In this document: positions 10,393-21,412 of the stretch, piece after piece
How positions within the stretch are numbered: position 1 is the first letter of the stretch
How the letters are laid out: each line of letters begins with the position of its first letter
Assembly (NCBI GenBank): GCA_965224485.1
Contig: CBDCZH010000016.1
Location: forward strand, 32,001 to 96,000
DNA length: 64,000 nucleotides
Reading direction: 5' to 3'
From: Arcobacteraceae bacterium
GTDB lineage: Bacteria > Campylobacterota > Campylobacteria > Campylobacterales > Arcobacteraceae
Translations under genes and position numbers: made by a program
Notes under the pieces: generated by a model
The model's database searches: none
Told to the model about the DNA's origin: nothing
What the model saw: only the letters and a program-made list of their open reading frames with translations

Positions 10393-12834
10393 CTATTTTT
10401 CTGTTTTTTTAGGGCTTTTTTTAGCTGTTGTCTTTTTTACAGAAGTTTTTTTAGCAGCTGTTTTTTTTGCTGGAGCTTTTTTAGTGGTTGTTTTTTTCAC
10501 AGCTGTCTTTTTAGCTGGTGTTTTTTTACTAGTTGTTTTCTTTGTGGCTGCTTTTTTTCCACCTTTTTTACTTTTAGGGTCTTTTTCAATTATTTCTTCA
10601 CATTGTTCTAAAGTAATCTCACTAGCTTCTATTGTTTTTGGTATTTTATAGTTCTTTCTACCTTGTTTAATATATGTGCCATACTGTCCGATTAGCACTT
10701 GTATATTCTCTTTTTCAAATACTTTGATAGTAGCTTTAGCCTTAGCTTCTTTAAGCTCTTTAATCAGCTCTAATGCTCGTGGCAATTCGACCTTATAAGG
10801 ATCATCAGTTTTTAAAGAATAATAATTAGTTTTAACTTGTAAATAAGGTCCAAATCTTCCAATATTTGCTTTTATCTCTTCACCTTGCTCATCAAGTCCT
10901 ACAACTCTAGGAAGAGTAAATAAGAACAGAGCTTCATCTAAAGTAATAGTATCCATATTAAGATGTTTTGGAATTGCTACAAATTTTGGTTTTTCTTCAT
11001 CATCTTTTGTTCCAATTTGAACAAAAGGACCAAATCTTCCAACTCTAGCACTCATAGGTTTTCCACTTTTAGGATCAAATCCTATTTCTCTAATTTGTAA
11101 ATAATCACTTCTATCAACTGATTCTTCTTTTTCTATAATAGTTTTTTTAAAATCCCCATAAAAGTTTTGTAAAACATGTTGCCAAGCAACTTTACCCTCA
11201 GCAATATCATCAAACTCTTCTTCAACTTTAGCAGTAAATCCCAAATCTATGATATCAGGAAAATGATCAACTAAAAAACTATTTACTATCTCTCCTGTTG
11301 GAGTAGGACAGAGTTTTTTATCTTCATTTTTAACTACATATTCTCTTGCTTGAATAGTTGAAATAGTTGGAGCATAAGTAGAAGGTCGTCCAATACCTTC
11401 ACTCTCTAGTTTTTTAACCAAAGAAGCTTCTGTATAACGAGCAGGAGGTTTTGTAAAGTTTTGTTCCAAATGAAGTTTTTCCAGTTCTAAGATAGTTCCT
11501 AATTTAACACTTGGTAAAAGTTTTTCACTAGAATCTAAAGCAGTTTCTGGATTATCACTTCCTTCTGTATAAGCTTTCATAAAACCTGCGAATATAATTC
11601 TTTGACCTTTTACTTGAAACTCATACTCTTTATTCTCTCCCGCTTCAATTTTATATGTAGTATTTGCTATTTTAGCACCTTGCATTTGTGTTGCAAGTGT
11701 TCTTTTCCAAATTAATGAATAAAGTTTGTACTGAGTATCATCTAATGAAGCCCTTACATCTGATGGTTTTAAACTTAAATCAACTGGTCGAATAGCTTCA
11801 TGAGCTTCTTGAGCCCCTTTTGCTTTTGATTTATAAGCTCTAGGAGTACTTAAACTATAATCACTTCCATACTCTTTCTCAATCACTTCTTTTGCAGCAC
11901 TTGTTGCTACTTTTGAAAGATTCAATGAGTCAGTTCTCATATACGTAATTAAACCACCAGTATGATTAGCAATAGCTTTTGTAAAGTTTCCTTCATATAA
12001 CTGCTGTGCTACTACCATAGTTTGTTTTACTGAAAAACCAATTTTTCTACTTGCTTCTTGTTGCAGTGTTGATGTTGTAAAAGGAGGAGCAGGATTTCTT
12101 TTACTATCTTTTTCTTCAATATCAACTAATTCAAAACAGCCTTTAGAAATTGAGTATTCTATTTCTTTTGCTTCTTCTTCGTTATTGATTTTTTTAGTTT
12201 TACCATTTATTTTTGCGAGTTCTGCTTTTAGTTCAGGTTTTATAAAATCTGATTTTATTTTCCAAAATTCAACAGGATTAAAAGCTCTTACTTCTTCTTC
12301 TCTGTCAACTATTATTCTAACAGCAACACTTTGAACTCTTCCTGCACTTAATCCATACCTAACTTTTTTCCAAATTAAAGGTGAAAGTTCATATCCTACA
12401 GCTCTATCTAAAATACGTCTTGCTTGTTGGGCATCTACTAAATCTTGATTTACTTCTCTTGGATTCTCTAATGCTTCTAAAATAGCATCTTTTGTAATTT
12501 CATGAAAAACAATTCTTTTTAAAGGGTTATTTTCTATTTTTAAAGCAGGAATTAAATGCCAAGCAATTGCTTCACCTTCCCTATCCTCATCGGCCGCTAA
12601 ATAGATAACAGTATCTTTTGTTATATTCTTACGTAATTCACTAATAACTTTTTTCTTATCAGTTGAAATTAAATATTTTGGTTTAAAACCATCATCTGGA
12701 TCAAAACCAAGTTTTGATTTTGGTAAGTCTCGTACATGTCCCATAGAAGCCATTACAACATAATCACTTCCTAAGAATTTTGAAATTGTTTTAGCTTTTG
12801 CTGGTGATTCCACTATAACTAAGTTTTTTGCCAC
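10393..12834 (-). CDS. topA: DNA topoisomerase I (type IA)
   Basis: LVIVESPAKAK, DEDREGEAI, SAGRVQS, ITYMRTDS; GRFGP-type C-terminal repeats and Lys-rich tail. Confidence 0.97.
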   Translation of the reverse strand: MAKNLVIVESPAKAKTISKFLGSDYVVMASMGHVRDLPKSKLGFDPDDGFKPKYLISTDKKKVISELRKNITKDTVIYLAADEDREGEAIAWHLIPALKIENNPLKRIVFHEITKDAILEALENPREVNQDLVDAQQARRILDRAVGYELSPLIWKKVRYGLSAGRVQSVAVRIIVDREEEVRAFNPVEFWKIKSDFIKPELKAELAKINGKTKKINNEEEAKEIEYSISKGCFELVDIEEKDSKRNPAPPFTTSTLQQEASRKIGFSVKQTMVVAQQLYEGNFTKAIANHTGGLITYMRTDSLNLSKVATSAAKEVIEKEYGSDYSLSTPRAYKSKAKGAQEAHEAIRPVDLSLKPSDVRASLDDTQYKLYSLIWKRTLATQMQGAKIANTTYKIEAGENKEYEFQVKGQRIIFAGFMKAYTEGSDNPETALDSSEKLLPSVKLGTILELEKLHLEQNFTKPPARYTEASLVKKLESEGIGRPSTYAPTISTIQAREYVVKNEDKKLCPTPTGEIVNSFLVDHFPDIIDLGFTAKVEEEFDDIAEGKVAWQHVLQNFYGDFKKTIIEKEESVDRSDYLQIREIGFDPKSGKPMSARVGRFGPFVQIGTKDDEEKPKFVAIPKHLNMDTITLDEALFLFTLPRVVGLDEQGEEIKANIGRFGPYLQVKTNYYSLKTDDPYKVELPRALELIKELKEAKAKATIKVFEKENIQVLIGQYGTYIKQGRKNYKIPKTIEASEITLEQCEEIIEKDPKSKKGGKKAATKKTTSKKTPAKKTAVKKTTTKKAPAKKTAAKKTSVKKTTAKKSPKKTEK

Positions 12835-12917
12835 TAAATACCCTTTAATTTTTTCGAATTTTGAATTTTAACATAAATTCATTAAAATCACTTAAGTTTA
12901 CAACTTTATAACATATT

Positions 12918-13742
12918 TTAATAAATTATAATCTCTTCTTCAAGTGTAATATTAAATTTTTCTTTTACTCTTTGTTTTGCTAAACTTATTAAATATGTTG
13001 CATCTTCAAAAGTTCCATTATCATTATTTACTAAAAAATTTGCATGTTTTAAAGAAAAGCTCATGCCGCCTTTAGAAAAACCTTTTAACCCTACTTCTTG
13101 AAGTAATCTTCCAGCAGAATCATTTAAAGGGTTTTTAAAACAAGAACCAGCACTAGGAGTTTGGGGTTGATTATCTCTCATTTTTGCAAATAGTTCTGCT
13201 TGAGAAACACTAAACCCAGCTTCAATATTAAAAACTACTTCATATATAATACTGTTTATATCTGTTTTTCTATAAGAGAAATTAATATCTTTTTTTAAAA
13301 TATATCCATCTATAGTTTTTATACTATGAATATAATTAAAAATTTCCCAAGTTTTTAGTCCTGCATTCATTTTTACTAAACCACCTAAATTTCCAGGAAG
13401 TTTTCCTAAAAATTCTAAGTTAGCAATATCATGTTTTTTTGCATATGCTAAAAGTTTTCCAGATTTCGTAGCACAACCTACATATAAAAGGTTTTGTTCT
13501 TCTTTTATATAATCAAAATTCTTTCCTAGAACTGCAAACTTTGGAGCTTTTGAAGAAATCAAAGCATTATTAGCAAGACCTAAAATTTTATACTCTTTAT
13601 ATTCTTTAATTTCATTTAGAACTAAAACTAAAGCTTTTGGTCCAATTTTAATAGAAGAGTAACGTGAAAAATCAATTTCTTTGAAAAAATTTACATTTTC
13701 ACCTTGCTCTTGTATTTTCTTACTTTTTTCTAAGTTCTTCAT
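12918..13742 (-). CDS. murB: UDP-N-acetylenolpyruvoylglucosamine reductase
   Basis: PGNLGGLVKMNAG, QPQTPSAGSCFKNP, HANFLVN, LEEEI; ATG at 13742 chosen, overlapping the mqnD end (start uncertain). Confidence 0.92.
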   Translation of the reverse strand: MKNLEKSKKIQEQGENVNFFKEIDFSRYSSIKIGPKALVLVLNEIKEYKEYKILGLANNALISSKAPKFAVLGKNFDYIKEEQNLLYVGCATKSGKLLAYAKKHDIANLEFLGKLPGNLGGLVKMNAGLKTWEIFNYIHSIKTIDGYILKKDINFSYRKTDINSIIYEVVFNIEAGFSVSQAELFAKMRDNQPQTPSAGSCFKNPLNDSAGRLLQEVGLKGFSKGGMSFSLKHANFLVNNDNGTFEDATYLISLAKQRVKEKFNITLEEEIIIY

Positions 13743-14583
13743 ATTCACTAGGAATTAAAAAATTCTTTGATTTTATTAGATTTTCATAATATCCATGTTC
13801 AAAACCAAGTTCAAAAAGTTTATCTAATGCTTTATATTGAATTTCACTTAATTCAATTGATTCATCATTTGCATATAAATCTAAGTATTTATCTAAAGTA
13901 GTAGCATCAACTCTTATTAGACCTTCATCAATTAGCATAGGTGCTAATGTGGCTCTATTTGCGTTTGCAACTTTTACAGCTTTAACTAAAGTATTTTCAT
14001 AGTTTATTGCATGATTTATTGGAATTGATCTTCGTAAGCACATTCCACCTAAAGGAAGAGGTAAATCTTTTCCTGCTAATTCTTGCCAAATATCCCAAAG
14101 TTCACGCTCGACTTCTAAGTTATTATCATAAGTTAAAATTGATTCATGAATTAAAACACCAGCATCAACTTCACCTTCCAAAACAGCTTTTTCAATATCT
14201 AAAAAATTCATATATGTAATTCTTGCATCAGGATAAGCTATTTTAAATAAAAGAGCATTAGTAGTAAACTCTCCACTAAGAGCAACTTTAAAATTTCTCT
14301 TTAATTTTACATTTTTCTTTTTAATAAGTTTAGGTCCATAACCATCACCAAAAGAGACAGCTGTTTTTAATAAAGCATAATCATCTTTAATAAAAGGATA
14401 TAAGGCAAAAGAGATTGCACAGATATCATACTGCCCTTTTATTGTTGCTTGATTTAAGGTTTCAATATCAGCAGCTGTATTTACAAAAACTGTATCTTCT
14501 GGACGTACCCAACCAAATTTAATCGCATAATACATAAATATATCATCAGCATCAGGGGAATGAGCTACACTTATTTCTCTCAA
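13720..14583 (-). CDS. mqnD: 1,4-dihydroxy-6-naphthoate synthase (futalosine menaquinone pathway)
   Basis: AHSPDADDIFM, DIETLN, SFGDGYGP, GVLIHE, LPLPLGG. Confidence 0.88.
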   Translation of the reverse strand: MREISVAHSPDADDIFMYYAIKFGWVRPEDTVFVNTAADIETLNQATIKGQYDICAISFALYPFIKDDYALLKTAVSFGDGYGPKLIKKKNVKLKRNFKVALSGEFTTNALLFKIAYPDARITYMNFLDIEKAVLEGEVDAGVLIHESILTYDNNLEVERELWDIWQELAGKDLPLPLGGMCLRRSIPINHAINYENTLVKAVKVANANRATLAPMLIDEGLIRVDATTLDKYLDLYANDESIELSEIQYKALDKLFELGFEHGYYENLIKSKNFLIPSEYEELRKK

Positions 14584-14654
14584 AGTATTTCCTTCTTATT
14601 ATTATATGCGTGATTGTAACAAGTTATGCTTTTATTTTTGGTTATATCTAGAAT

Positions 14655-15521
14655 TTATTTATTTGATTTTTTCTTTAAAATATTTTTTTCATCATATCTT
14701 GTAAAATTGTTATATGAGATCATAGAGTTAAGTTCTTCTCCATATAAAGAACCTTTTTCTGAGTATTTATCAAGTTTTACTGTTAAAAGATAAGGATCTT
14801 GATACTCTTTTTTAGCATTTAAAATTCTAAAAGCTTTAAAAGCTTTACTTCTTGAAAGTGTTTTATAATAATCCCTAACAGAGTCTTCAATACTTGCATA
14901 TTTTTTAAGCCAAATTGTTTGTTTTCCTCTTTGTTCTCCTGCTGCTATTCTTGGTTCATTTTTATTAAAAGACCAAACTCCAAAAATATTATTAGCTTCT
15001 TTAAAAAATCTTGAACTTGCCCAAGCTGATTCCATTGCTGCTTGAGCTAGAGCTATTGACTTAGGGTGTGGTTTCAAAGCAAGAAGAAGTTCTTTATACG
15101 TTTTAACCTTATAGGTTTTTTTTAAACTAGCAATTCTTTTATCATTTTTATTATTTTTGATTTCTTTATATAAAATATCAAATTCTTTATATACTTTATT
15201 AATTGGTTCTAGTAAAAGATTTAAAAACATTTGTTTCTTTTTAGGAATGCTAAGTGTTTTCTCACTCTTTGTTTTTTCTATTTCATCTTCTAAAATTGTT
15301 TTTGTTTTTTCATCTGAAACTTTTTCTTTTTCTACTATTGGATCTGTATTATCTTTAAGTTTTTTAATTTGGATTCCAATATCTTTTTCAATCTTATTTA
15401 TTTCTAAATTTACTGTATCATTGTAAAGATATGTAATTATTAGTATAATTACTAAAGTCACAAAAAGCATTAGGCCTTTTTTTGGAGAGCTAGTTTTATT
15501 ATCAAAATTATATGTATTCAT
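14655..15521 (-). CDS. membrane-anchored GH73 glucosaminidase-domain (Bax-like) protein
   Basis: N-terminal TM helix; PKSIALAQAAMESAWASSRFFKEANNIFGVW and YSEKG motifs. Confidence 0.85.
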   Translation of the reverse strand: MNTYNFDNKTSSPKKGLMLFVTLVIILIITYLYNDTVNLEINKIEKDIGIQIKKLKDNTDPIVEKEKVSDEKTKTILEDEIEKTKSEKTLSIPKKKQMFLNLLLEPINKVYKEFDILYKEIKNNKNDKRIASLKKTYKVKTYKELLLALKPHPKSIALAQAAMESAWASSRFFKEANNIFGVWSFNKNEPRIAAGEQRGKQTIWLKKYASIEDSVRDYYKTLSRSKAFKAFRILNAKKEYQDPYLLTVKLDKYSEKGSLYGEELNSMISYNNFTRYDEKNILKKKSNK

Positions 15522-15608
15522 ATATTGATTTTATATAAAATAACTTAAATTAAGATTTGAATAAAAATTAAGTTTTACTATCTAGTTTAAAAGCTTATAA
15601 AAAGAGCT

Positions 15609-17087
15609 CTAAAAACCAGAAATTTGAACATAATAAGATACTTTTTCTAATAAGCTATCAATAAAGAAAATAGATATTATTGTGAAAATTGCACAAATAG
15701 CCATCATTGTTTTTGTTATGCTTGTTGCATTTGCCATATATGTAACTTCATGAACTGGCTCTTTTAGAAACATATAAATTATTGGTTTTAAATAATAAAA
15801 AGCTGCAAGAGCAGAATTCAATGCCATTATTATTGCTAAAATAATAAAACCAGCATTTACAGCTGCCCCCAATAAGTACATTTTCCCCCAAAATAGTGCA
15901 AAAGGAGGAATTCCTGCAAGAGATAATAAAAATAAGGCCATAATAATTGCTGTAAAAGGTGAAGTTTTTATTAAACCAGAATATTTCTCCATTGCATGGT
16001 CAGAACTAAAAGTATTATAATCTTTATTTCTATTTAACCATAACATTCCAAAAGCACCAAGATTTGTTACTAAAAATAAAATCCAATATAAAAACAAAGC
16101 ACTGGTTGCTTGTGTTGTTCCTATTAAAATAGCGCTCATAGCAAAACCTGCATTTGAAACAGAAGAATAAGCTAACATTCTATTTATATCATTTTGTAAA
16201 AGTGCAATAATATTCGGAATTGTCATAGTTAAAATAACAGCCGCATATAAAACAACTTCAACAAAAATATTATTACTTGATATAAACACCTCAAAAAACC
16301 TAAGTGCAACAACAAAACCAGCCATTTTAGGAACTATTGACATAAAACCAGCTAATGCCGCTGTTGAGCCCTCATAAACATCAGGCACCCAAGTATGAAA
16401 AGGAACAAGAGATAGTTTAAAAGCAAGGGCAGATAATATAAATACAACACCTACTAATATAATTCCTTGATTTGCAAAATCACTAGCTATAAATACTTCT
16501 GCCATTTTAGATATTTCTACAGTTCCAGTAAGTGCATAAAAAATAAGTGAACCAAAAGCAAAGAAGGCAGCAGATAAAGCTCCAAGGGTAAAGTATTTAA
16601 TAGCAGCTTCAATTGCTTTTGATCTATTATGCATTGCAATCATTGTATATAACGCCATTGAAGCAGTTTCAAGCCCTACAAAAATAAGAATTAAAGAATC
16701 ACTACTAACCATAAACTGAAAACCAGAAACCATGAATAAAAAAAGGGCAAAATATTCAGGATACTGTCCTTCATGAAATCTTTGTTTGACCATACTTAGC
16801 ATAATAAAGAAAATCGAAGCAAGCACGATAATACTTTGAGCTAATATAGAAATACCATCAAAAAGTATTAAATCAAACATACCTCTTATATTTCCAGAAT
16901 AACCTAAGACTAAAGCTAAATCTACAAGTAAAAATAAAACTGCTAACATAATATATAAAGATTTATCTAGTTTTTTATTTGCTAAGTCTAAACATAATAT
17001 TACTAAAGCGCCAACAATAGCACAAGACATAGGAGCAAGTGTACCTAGGTTTAAACTAGAAAAATCAATTGAAATTGTAGGTATCAT
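15609..17087 (-). CDS. nuoN: NADH-quinone oxidoreductase subunit N
   Basis: EAAIKYF, FKLSLVPFHTWVPDVYEG, RMLAYSS; last gene of nuo operon. Confidence 0.96.
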   Translation of the reverse strand: MIPTISIDFSSLNLGTLAPMSCAIVGALVILCLDLANKKLDKSLYIMLAVLFLLVDLALVLGYSGNIRGMFDLILFDGISILAQSIIVLASIFFIMLSMVKQRFHEGQYPEYFALFLFMVSGFQFMVSSDSLILIFVGLETASMALYTMIAMHNRSKAIEAAIKYFTLGALSAAFFAFGSLIFYALTGTVEISKMAEVFIASDFANQGIILVGVVFILSALAFKLSLVPFHTWVPDVYEGSTAALAGFMSIVPKMAGFVVALRFFEVFISSNNIFVEVVLYAAVILTMTIPNIIALLQNDINRMLAYSSVSNAGFAMSAILIGTTQATSALFLYWILFLVTNLGAFGMLWLNRNKDYNTFSSDHAMEKYSGLIKTSPFTAIIMALFLLSLAGIPPFALFWGKMYLLGAAVNAGFIILAIIMALNSALAAFYYLKPIIYMFLKEPVHEVTYMANATSITKTMMAICAIFTIISIFFIDSLLEKVSYYVQISGF

Positions 17088-18613
17088 TTTTGCGCCTTTT
17101 TTATACTATTTACATCTAAAATAAAATCTATTGTTTCTTGTTTTTGTGCTTTTATTTTCATAAGCTCTATTAGTTGATGAATTGATTTATCAATTGGTTC
17201 TAAAATTGGTTTTGGATAAATCCCTAAAAAAATTACAAAAAATGCAATTGGAAGTAAGGCACATAACTCTTTACCTTTTATATCTTCTAGGTTTTTATTC
17301 TTTTCATTATTCAAAGGACCAAAAAAAGATTTTTTATACATAACTAACATATAAACAGCTCCTAAGATTATTGTAAGTCCTGCAATAAGAGTTAAAAGAG
17401 GTGAAACTTTAAAAAAACCAAGAAGAGATAAAAACTCTCCTACGAAACCAATTGTTAAAGGAAGACCAACAGAAGCCATTAGCATTAAAGCAAAAATTGT
17501 TGCAAATTTTGGCATAACTAAAGCTAAACCACCAAACTCACTTATCTCTTTTGTATGACGTCTGTCATAAATAACACCAACTAACATAAATAAAGCTCCT
17601 GAAACCAATCCATGAGAAATCATAAGGAAAATAGAGCCACCTATTCCCTCACTATTTAAGGCAAATATCCCTAAAATAATTATTCCCATATGAGAAATAG
17701 AAGAATAAGCTATTACTTGTTTCATATCTTTTTGAGCATAAGCAATTAAAGCAGTATAAACAATAGCAATTAGGGCTAAAATGGCCATTGGCATTACAAA
17801 ATAAACACTAGCATCTGGAAAAAGAGGAAGAGAAAATCTTATAAAACCATAAGCACCCATTTTAAGTAATACTGCGGCTAAAATTACAGAACCAATTGTT
17901 GGAGCTTGTCCATGAGCATAAGGAAGCCAAGTATGAAAAGGAAACATAGGTACTTTAATAGCAAAACCAAAAAAGAAAGCAATAAATAACATAACTTGCA
18001 TATCAAAAGGAAGTAATAACATATTCCAATCAGCTAAAGAAAAAGACCAAGTACCTGTTGTTTGAAAATATACATATCCTAGGTATAACATACCTATTAA
18101 CATGATTAATGAGCCTGTAAAAGTATATAAAAAGAATTTAACAGAAGCATAAATTCTTAAATTACCACCCCAAGCTCCAATAATATATAACATAGGAACT
18201 AGTGATAATTCCCAAAAAATATAAAAAACAATTGCATCTAAACTTAGAAAGACACCAATCATTGTCATTTCTAAAAACAGAACTGTTATAAGCATATTTT
18301 TTAAGCTTCTTTTTTCACTAAGCCCTATTATTGAAATCATTGTCATAAAAGTAGTCATTAGAACTAGAAATAAAGAGATACCATCAATTCCTAGAATATA
18401 ATTAACTCCATAAGAAGAGATAATAGGAATAAACTCTCTAAACTGCATATTTGCATTATTAGTATCAAAATTTAGATATAAAACAATACTTAAAATAAAT
18501 TCAATTACAGTAACCATAATTGCATATACCCTAATAGAGTCAGATTTTACTAAAAAACCAATAAATGCCCCAAGTGCTGGAAAAAATATTAAAATCGATA
18601 AAATGTGTTCCAT
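17084..18613 (-). CDS. nuoM: NADH-quinone oxidoreductase subunit M
   Basis: IKVPMFPFHTWLPYAH, LLKMGAYG, IAYSSISHMG. Confidence 0.96.
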   Translation of the reverse strand: MEHILSILIFFPALGAFIGFLVKSDSIRVYAIMVTVIEFILSIVLYLNFDTNNANMQFREFIPIISSYGVNYILGIDGISLFLVLMTTFMTMISIIGLSEKRSLKNMLITVLFLEMTMIGVFLSLDAIVFYIFWELSLVPMLYIIGAWGGNLRIYASVKFFLYTFTGSLIMLIGMLYLGYVYFQTTGTWSFSLADWNMLLLPFDMQVMLFIAFFFGFAIKVPMFPFHTWLPYAHGQAPTIGSVILAAVLLKMGAYGFIRFSLPLFPDASVYFVMPMAILALIAIVYTALIAYAQKDMKQVIAYSSISHMGIIILGIFALNSEGIGGSIFLMISHGLVSGALFMLVGVIYDRRHTKEISEFGGLALVMPKFATIFALMLMASVGLPLTIGFVGEFLSLLGFFKVSPLLTLIAGLTIILGAVYMLVMYKKSFFGPLNNEKNKNLEDIKGKELCALLPIAFFVIFLGIYPKPILEPIDKSIHQLIELMKIKAQKQETIDFILDVNSIKKAQK

Positions 18614-18626
18614 ATGTTCTAACCCT

Positions 18627-20519
18627 TTACTTATAAAAACCTAGTGCCACACTAAACACTAGTAAAATAACAACACCAAAAACCATAGTTCTTAAAGCTC
18701 TTGATAAGTTTGAACTTTGAATTTGTCGTGCTTCCTTAGCCCCTAATAAAACAATTTTTGCAAGACCATCAACACTTGCATCAATTATTTTCATATCTAT
18801 TTTCATCCAAGCAAATTTAGCTAAGAGTAAATAAGGTTTACAAATAAATTTTTCATAAAAGTGAGGTATATAATATTGATTTATTAGTAAGTTATAAATA
18901 AATGTATGCTCCCAGCTTTTATTAAAACCATCTTTTTTATACTTATAAATTGCAAAAACAATTCCAAATAAAGCTATTAAAGAAGTTACAATAATTAGTA
19001 TAAATGAGCTTGAATGTTCCATATTATTAGCCTGCCAATGAGGCAATAATTTTGTAACAAATTCTACAAATGTATGCTCAAACCATCCTGTTATTATTGC
19101 CAAAACAGTAAGAGGAATCATAGCTGCTATTACGAAAGGATAAGTCTCATGCGGTTTATATCCATACTGCTCATATCTTTGATGTCCATGAAAAACTAAC
19201 ATTATAAGTCTAAAAGAATAAAAAGCAGTTAATCCTGCACTAAGCCATAAAATAAACCATAAAAATGTTGCATCAGCATTAAAAGCTACTTCTAAAATTT
19301 TATCCTTAGAGAAAAATCCAGCAAGAGGAAAAATACCAGCAAGGGCAAGAGAAGCAATAGTCATAATAATTGATGTTGATTTCATCTTTTTATGTAAAGC
19401 GCCCATTTTTTTAATATTAAGCTCACCATTCATTGCATGCATAACATTTCCAGCCCCTAAAAATAGAACAGATTTGAAAAAGGCATGAGCTGTTAAATGA
19501 AATAGTGCTACCCAATAAGCACCAAGACCAACTGCTACAAACATATAACCTAGTTGGGATAAAGTAGAATAAGCAATAATTTTTTTCATATTATTAGCAA
19601 CTATTGCCATAGAAGCTGCAAAAATTGCCACAAAAGCTCCAAGGCAGGCTATAACATATCCAACTTCAGGAACTCTTGTAAAAATTTCATTTGCTCTAAT
19701 TAATAAATAAACTCCTGCTGTTACCATTGTTGCTGCATGAATTAAAGCAGAAACAGGAGTAGGTCCTTCCATAGCATCCCCTAACCAAGTATGAAAAGGA
19801 AACTGTGCTGATTTCCCCATAGCTCCTATGAATAAAAAAATTGCAATATATACAACAAGCTCTGAGCTAAGCTCTGAGATTTTATCAAATACTACTGTAT
19901 ATTCTAAGCTTCCAATATTCCAATAGATTAGAAAAATCCCAATTAACATAGCTAGGTCTGCAACTCTATTCATAATAAAGGCCTCATTAGCAGCCCAAGA
20001 AGGAGAGATAGAAGAGTTTATATCTGTATCTTCATCTTTTTTATCATACCAAAAACCAATAAGAAGCCAAGAACATAATCCTACTCCTTCCCAACCTACA
20101 AATAAACCAAGAAAGTTATCACTCATAACAAGTATCATCATAGAAAATACAAAAGCACTAAGATAGCAAAAAAATCTATTAAAACTTTTATCATTATCCA
20201 TATAACCAATAGAGTGAATATGAACCATAGTTGAGACAATACTTACAACAAGCATCATTACAACAGAAATTTGGTCAACTACAAAACCAAAAGATATGTC
20301 TACATTTCCAAGTTTAATCCAATCCATCATTTTAACATGTACGATTTGATCGCTTGTAAAAATATAATATACTAAATTTAATGAAGCAATCATACTTATT
20401 GCTAATAAGGCTGATGTAAAAATTCCAGTAAAAAGTGTTTTAGGACTTTGGGCGAACAGTGCGGCTACTAAAGAACCAACTAAGGGAGCAAAAAGTGCTA
20501 TATATAAATAAATTTCCAT
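18627..20519 (-). CDS. nuoL: NADH-quinone oxidoreductase subunit L
   Basis: GKSAQFPFHTWLGDAMEGPTPVSALIHAATMVTAG. Confidence 0.97.
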   Translation of the reverse strand: MEIYLYIALFAPLVGSLVAALFAQSPKTLFTGIFTSALLAISMIASLNLVYYIFTSDQIVHVKMMDWIKLGNVDISFGFVVDQISVVMMLVVSIVSTMVHIHSIGYMDNDKSFNRFFCYLSAFVFSMMILVMSDNFLGLFVGWEGVGLCSWLLIGFWYDKKDEDTDINSSISPSWAANEAFIMNRVADLAMLIGIFLIYWNIGSLEYTVVFDKISELSSELVVYIAIFLFIGAMGKSAQFPFHTWLGDAMEGPTPVSALIHAATMVTAGVYLLIRANEIFTRVPEVGYVIACLGAFVAIFAASMAIVANNMKKIIAYSTLSQLGYMFVAVGLGAYWVALFHLTAHAFFKSVLFLGAGNVMHAMNGELNIKKMGALHKKMKSTSIIMTIASLALAGIFPLAGFFSKDKILEVAFNADATFLWFILWLSAGLTAFYSFRLIMLVFHGHQRYEQYGYKPHETYPFVIAAMIPLTVLAIITGWFEHTFVEFVTKLLPHWQANNMEHSSSFILIIVTSLIALFGIVFAIYKYKKDGFNKSWEHTFIYNLLINQYYIPHFYEKFICKPYLLLAKFAWMKIDMKIIDASVDGLAKIVLLGAKEARQIQSSNLSRALRTMVFGVVILLVFSVALGFYK

Positions 20520-20520
20520 C

Positions 20521-20820
20521 TTAACCCTTCATCTCTTGTAAGGTATCAAGATTAATTGAGTTTCTTTTTTTATACCAAAGTATTAATAAACCCAAACCAA
20601 CTGCAACTTCACTAGCTGCAATTGCGATTATAAAAAATGCAAACATTTGACCTGTTAAATCTTGGTGAAACTTTGAAACTGCTGCGAAACCTATGTTAAC
20701 TGCGTTTAACATAATTTCAGTAGAGAAAAAAAGCATAAGTAAGTTTTTTCTTCTCATAACTCCAAAAAGACCTATGCAAAATAGAATTGTACAAAGAATT
20801 AAATATGCGTTTAAATTCAT
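20521..20820 (-). CDS. nuoK: NADH-quinone oxidoreductase subunit K
   Basis: STEIMLNAVN, IAASEVAVGLGL. Confidence 0.96.
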   Translation of the reverse strand: MNLNAYLILCTILFCIGLFGVMRRKNLLMLFFSTEIMLNAVNIGFAAVSKFHQDLTGQMFAFFIIAIAASEVAVGLGLLILWYKKRNSINLDTLQEMKG

Positions 20821-21404
20821 TTTTGCTCCTTTTTATCTAAATCTTTTTCTAAATTCTGCTCTAAAGTATCAATCTCTTCTTCACTTAATTGGGAATAAGA
20901 AATATCCATTTTTTTTCCAGCTAAAATAATTCCACCTATCATTGCAACTAATAACATAACAGCGGCAACTTCAAAAGGAAGTAAATATTTTGTAAATAAA
21001 ACAATTCCAACATCTTGTACATTTCCCCAATGCTTATGAACTGGATACTCTGAAATTATATTATCGCTTATTATTGGACTTAAGAAAATAAGTACAATAA
21101 TTAAAGCACTAAGTCCTGATAACAAAAAAACAAACTTAGGATTTTTAATTTTTTCTTCAACAGTAGATAAAGAATCAAAAAACATCATTCCAAAAGCATA
21201 TAAGGCCATAACCGCCCCAGTATAAACTATAATTTGCACAACTCCTAAAAAATCTGCTTCTAATAAGAAGAAAAAAGCTGAGATAAAAATCATACCAGCA
21301 GCTAAACTAGACAAGGCATAAAGTGCATTATTTGTAGATACAGTAATACAAAACATTACAATTGTTAAAATTGAAAAAAGATAAAAAGCTACTATTTCAA
21401 ACAT
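20817..21404 (-). CDS. nuoJ: NADH-quinone oxidoreductase subunit J
   Basis: QIIVYTGAV, YLLPFEVAAVMLLVAMIG. Confidence 0.95.
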   Translation of the reverse strand: MFEIVAFYLFSILTIVMFCITVSTNNALYALSSLAAGMIFISAFFFLLEADFLGVVQIIVYTGAVMALYAFGMMFFDSLSTVEEKIKNPKFVFLLSGLSALIIVLIFLSPIISDNIISEYPVHKHWGNVQDVGIVLFTKYLLPFEVAAVMLLVAMIGGIILAGKKMDISYSQLSEEEIDTLEQNLEKDLDKKEQK

Positions 21405-21412
21405 TTACTCTC

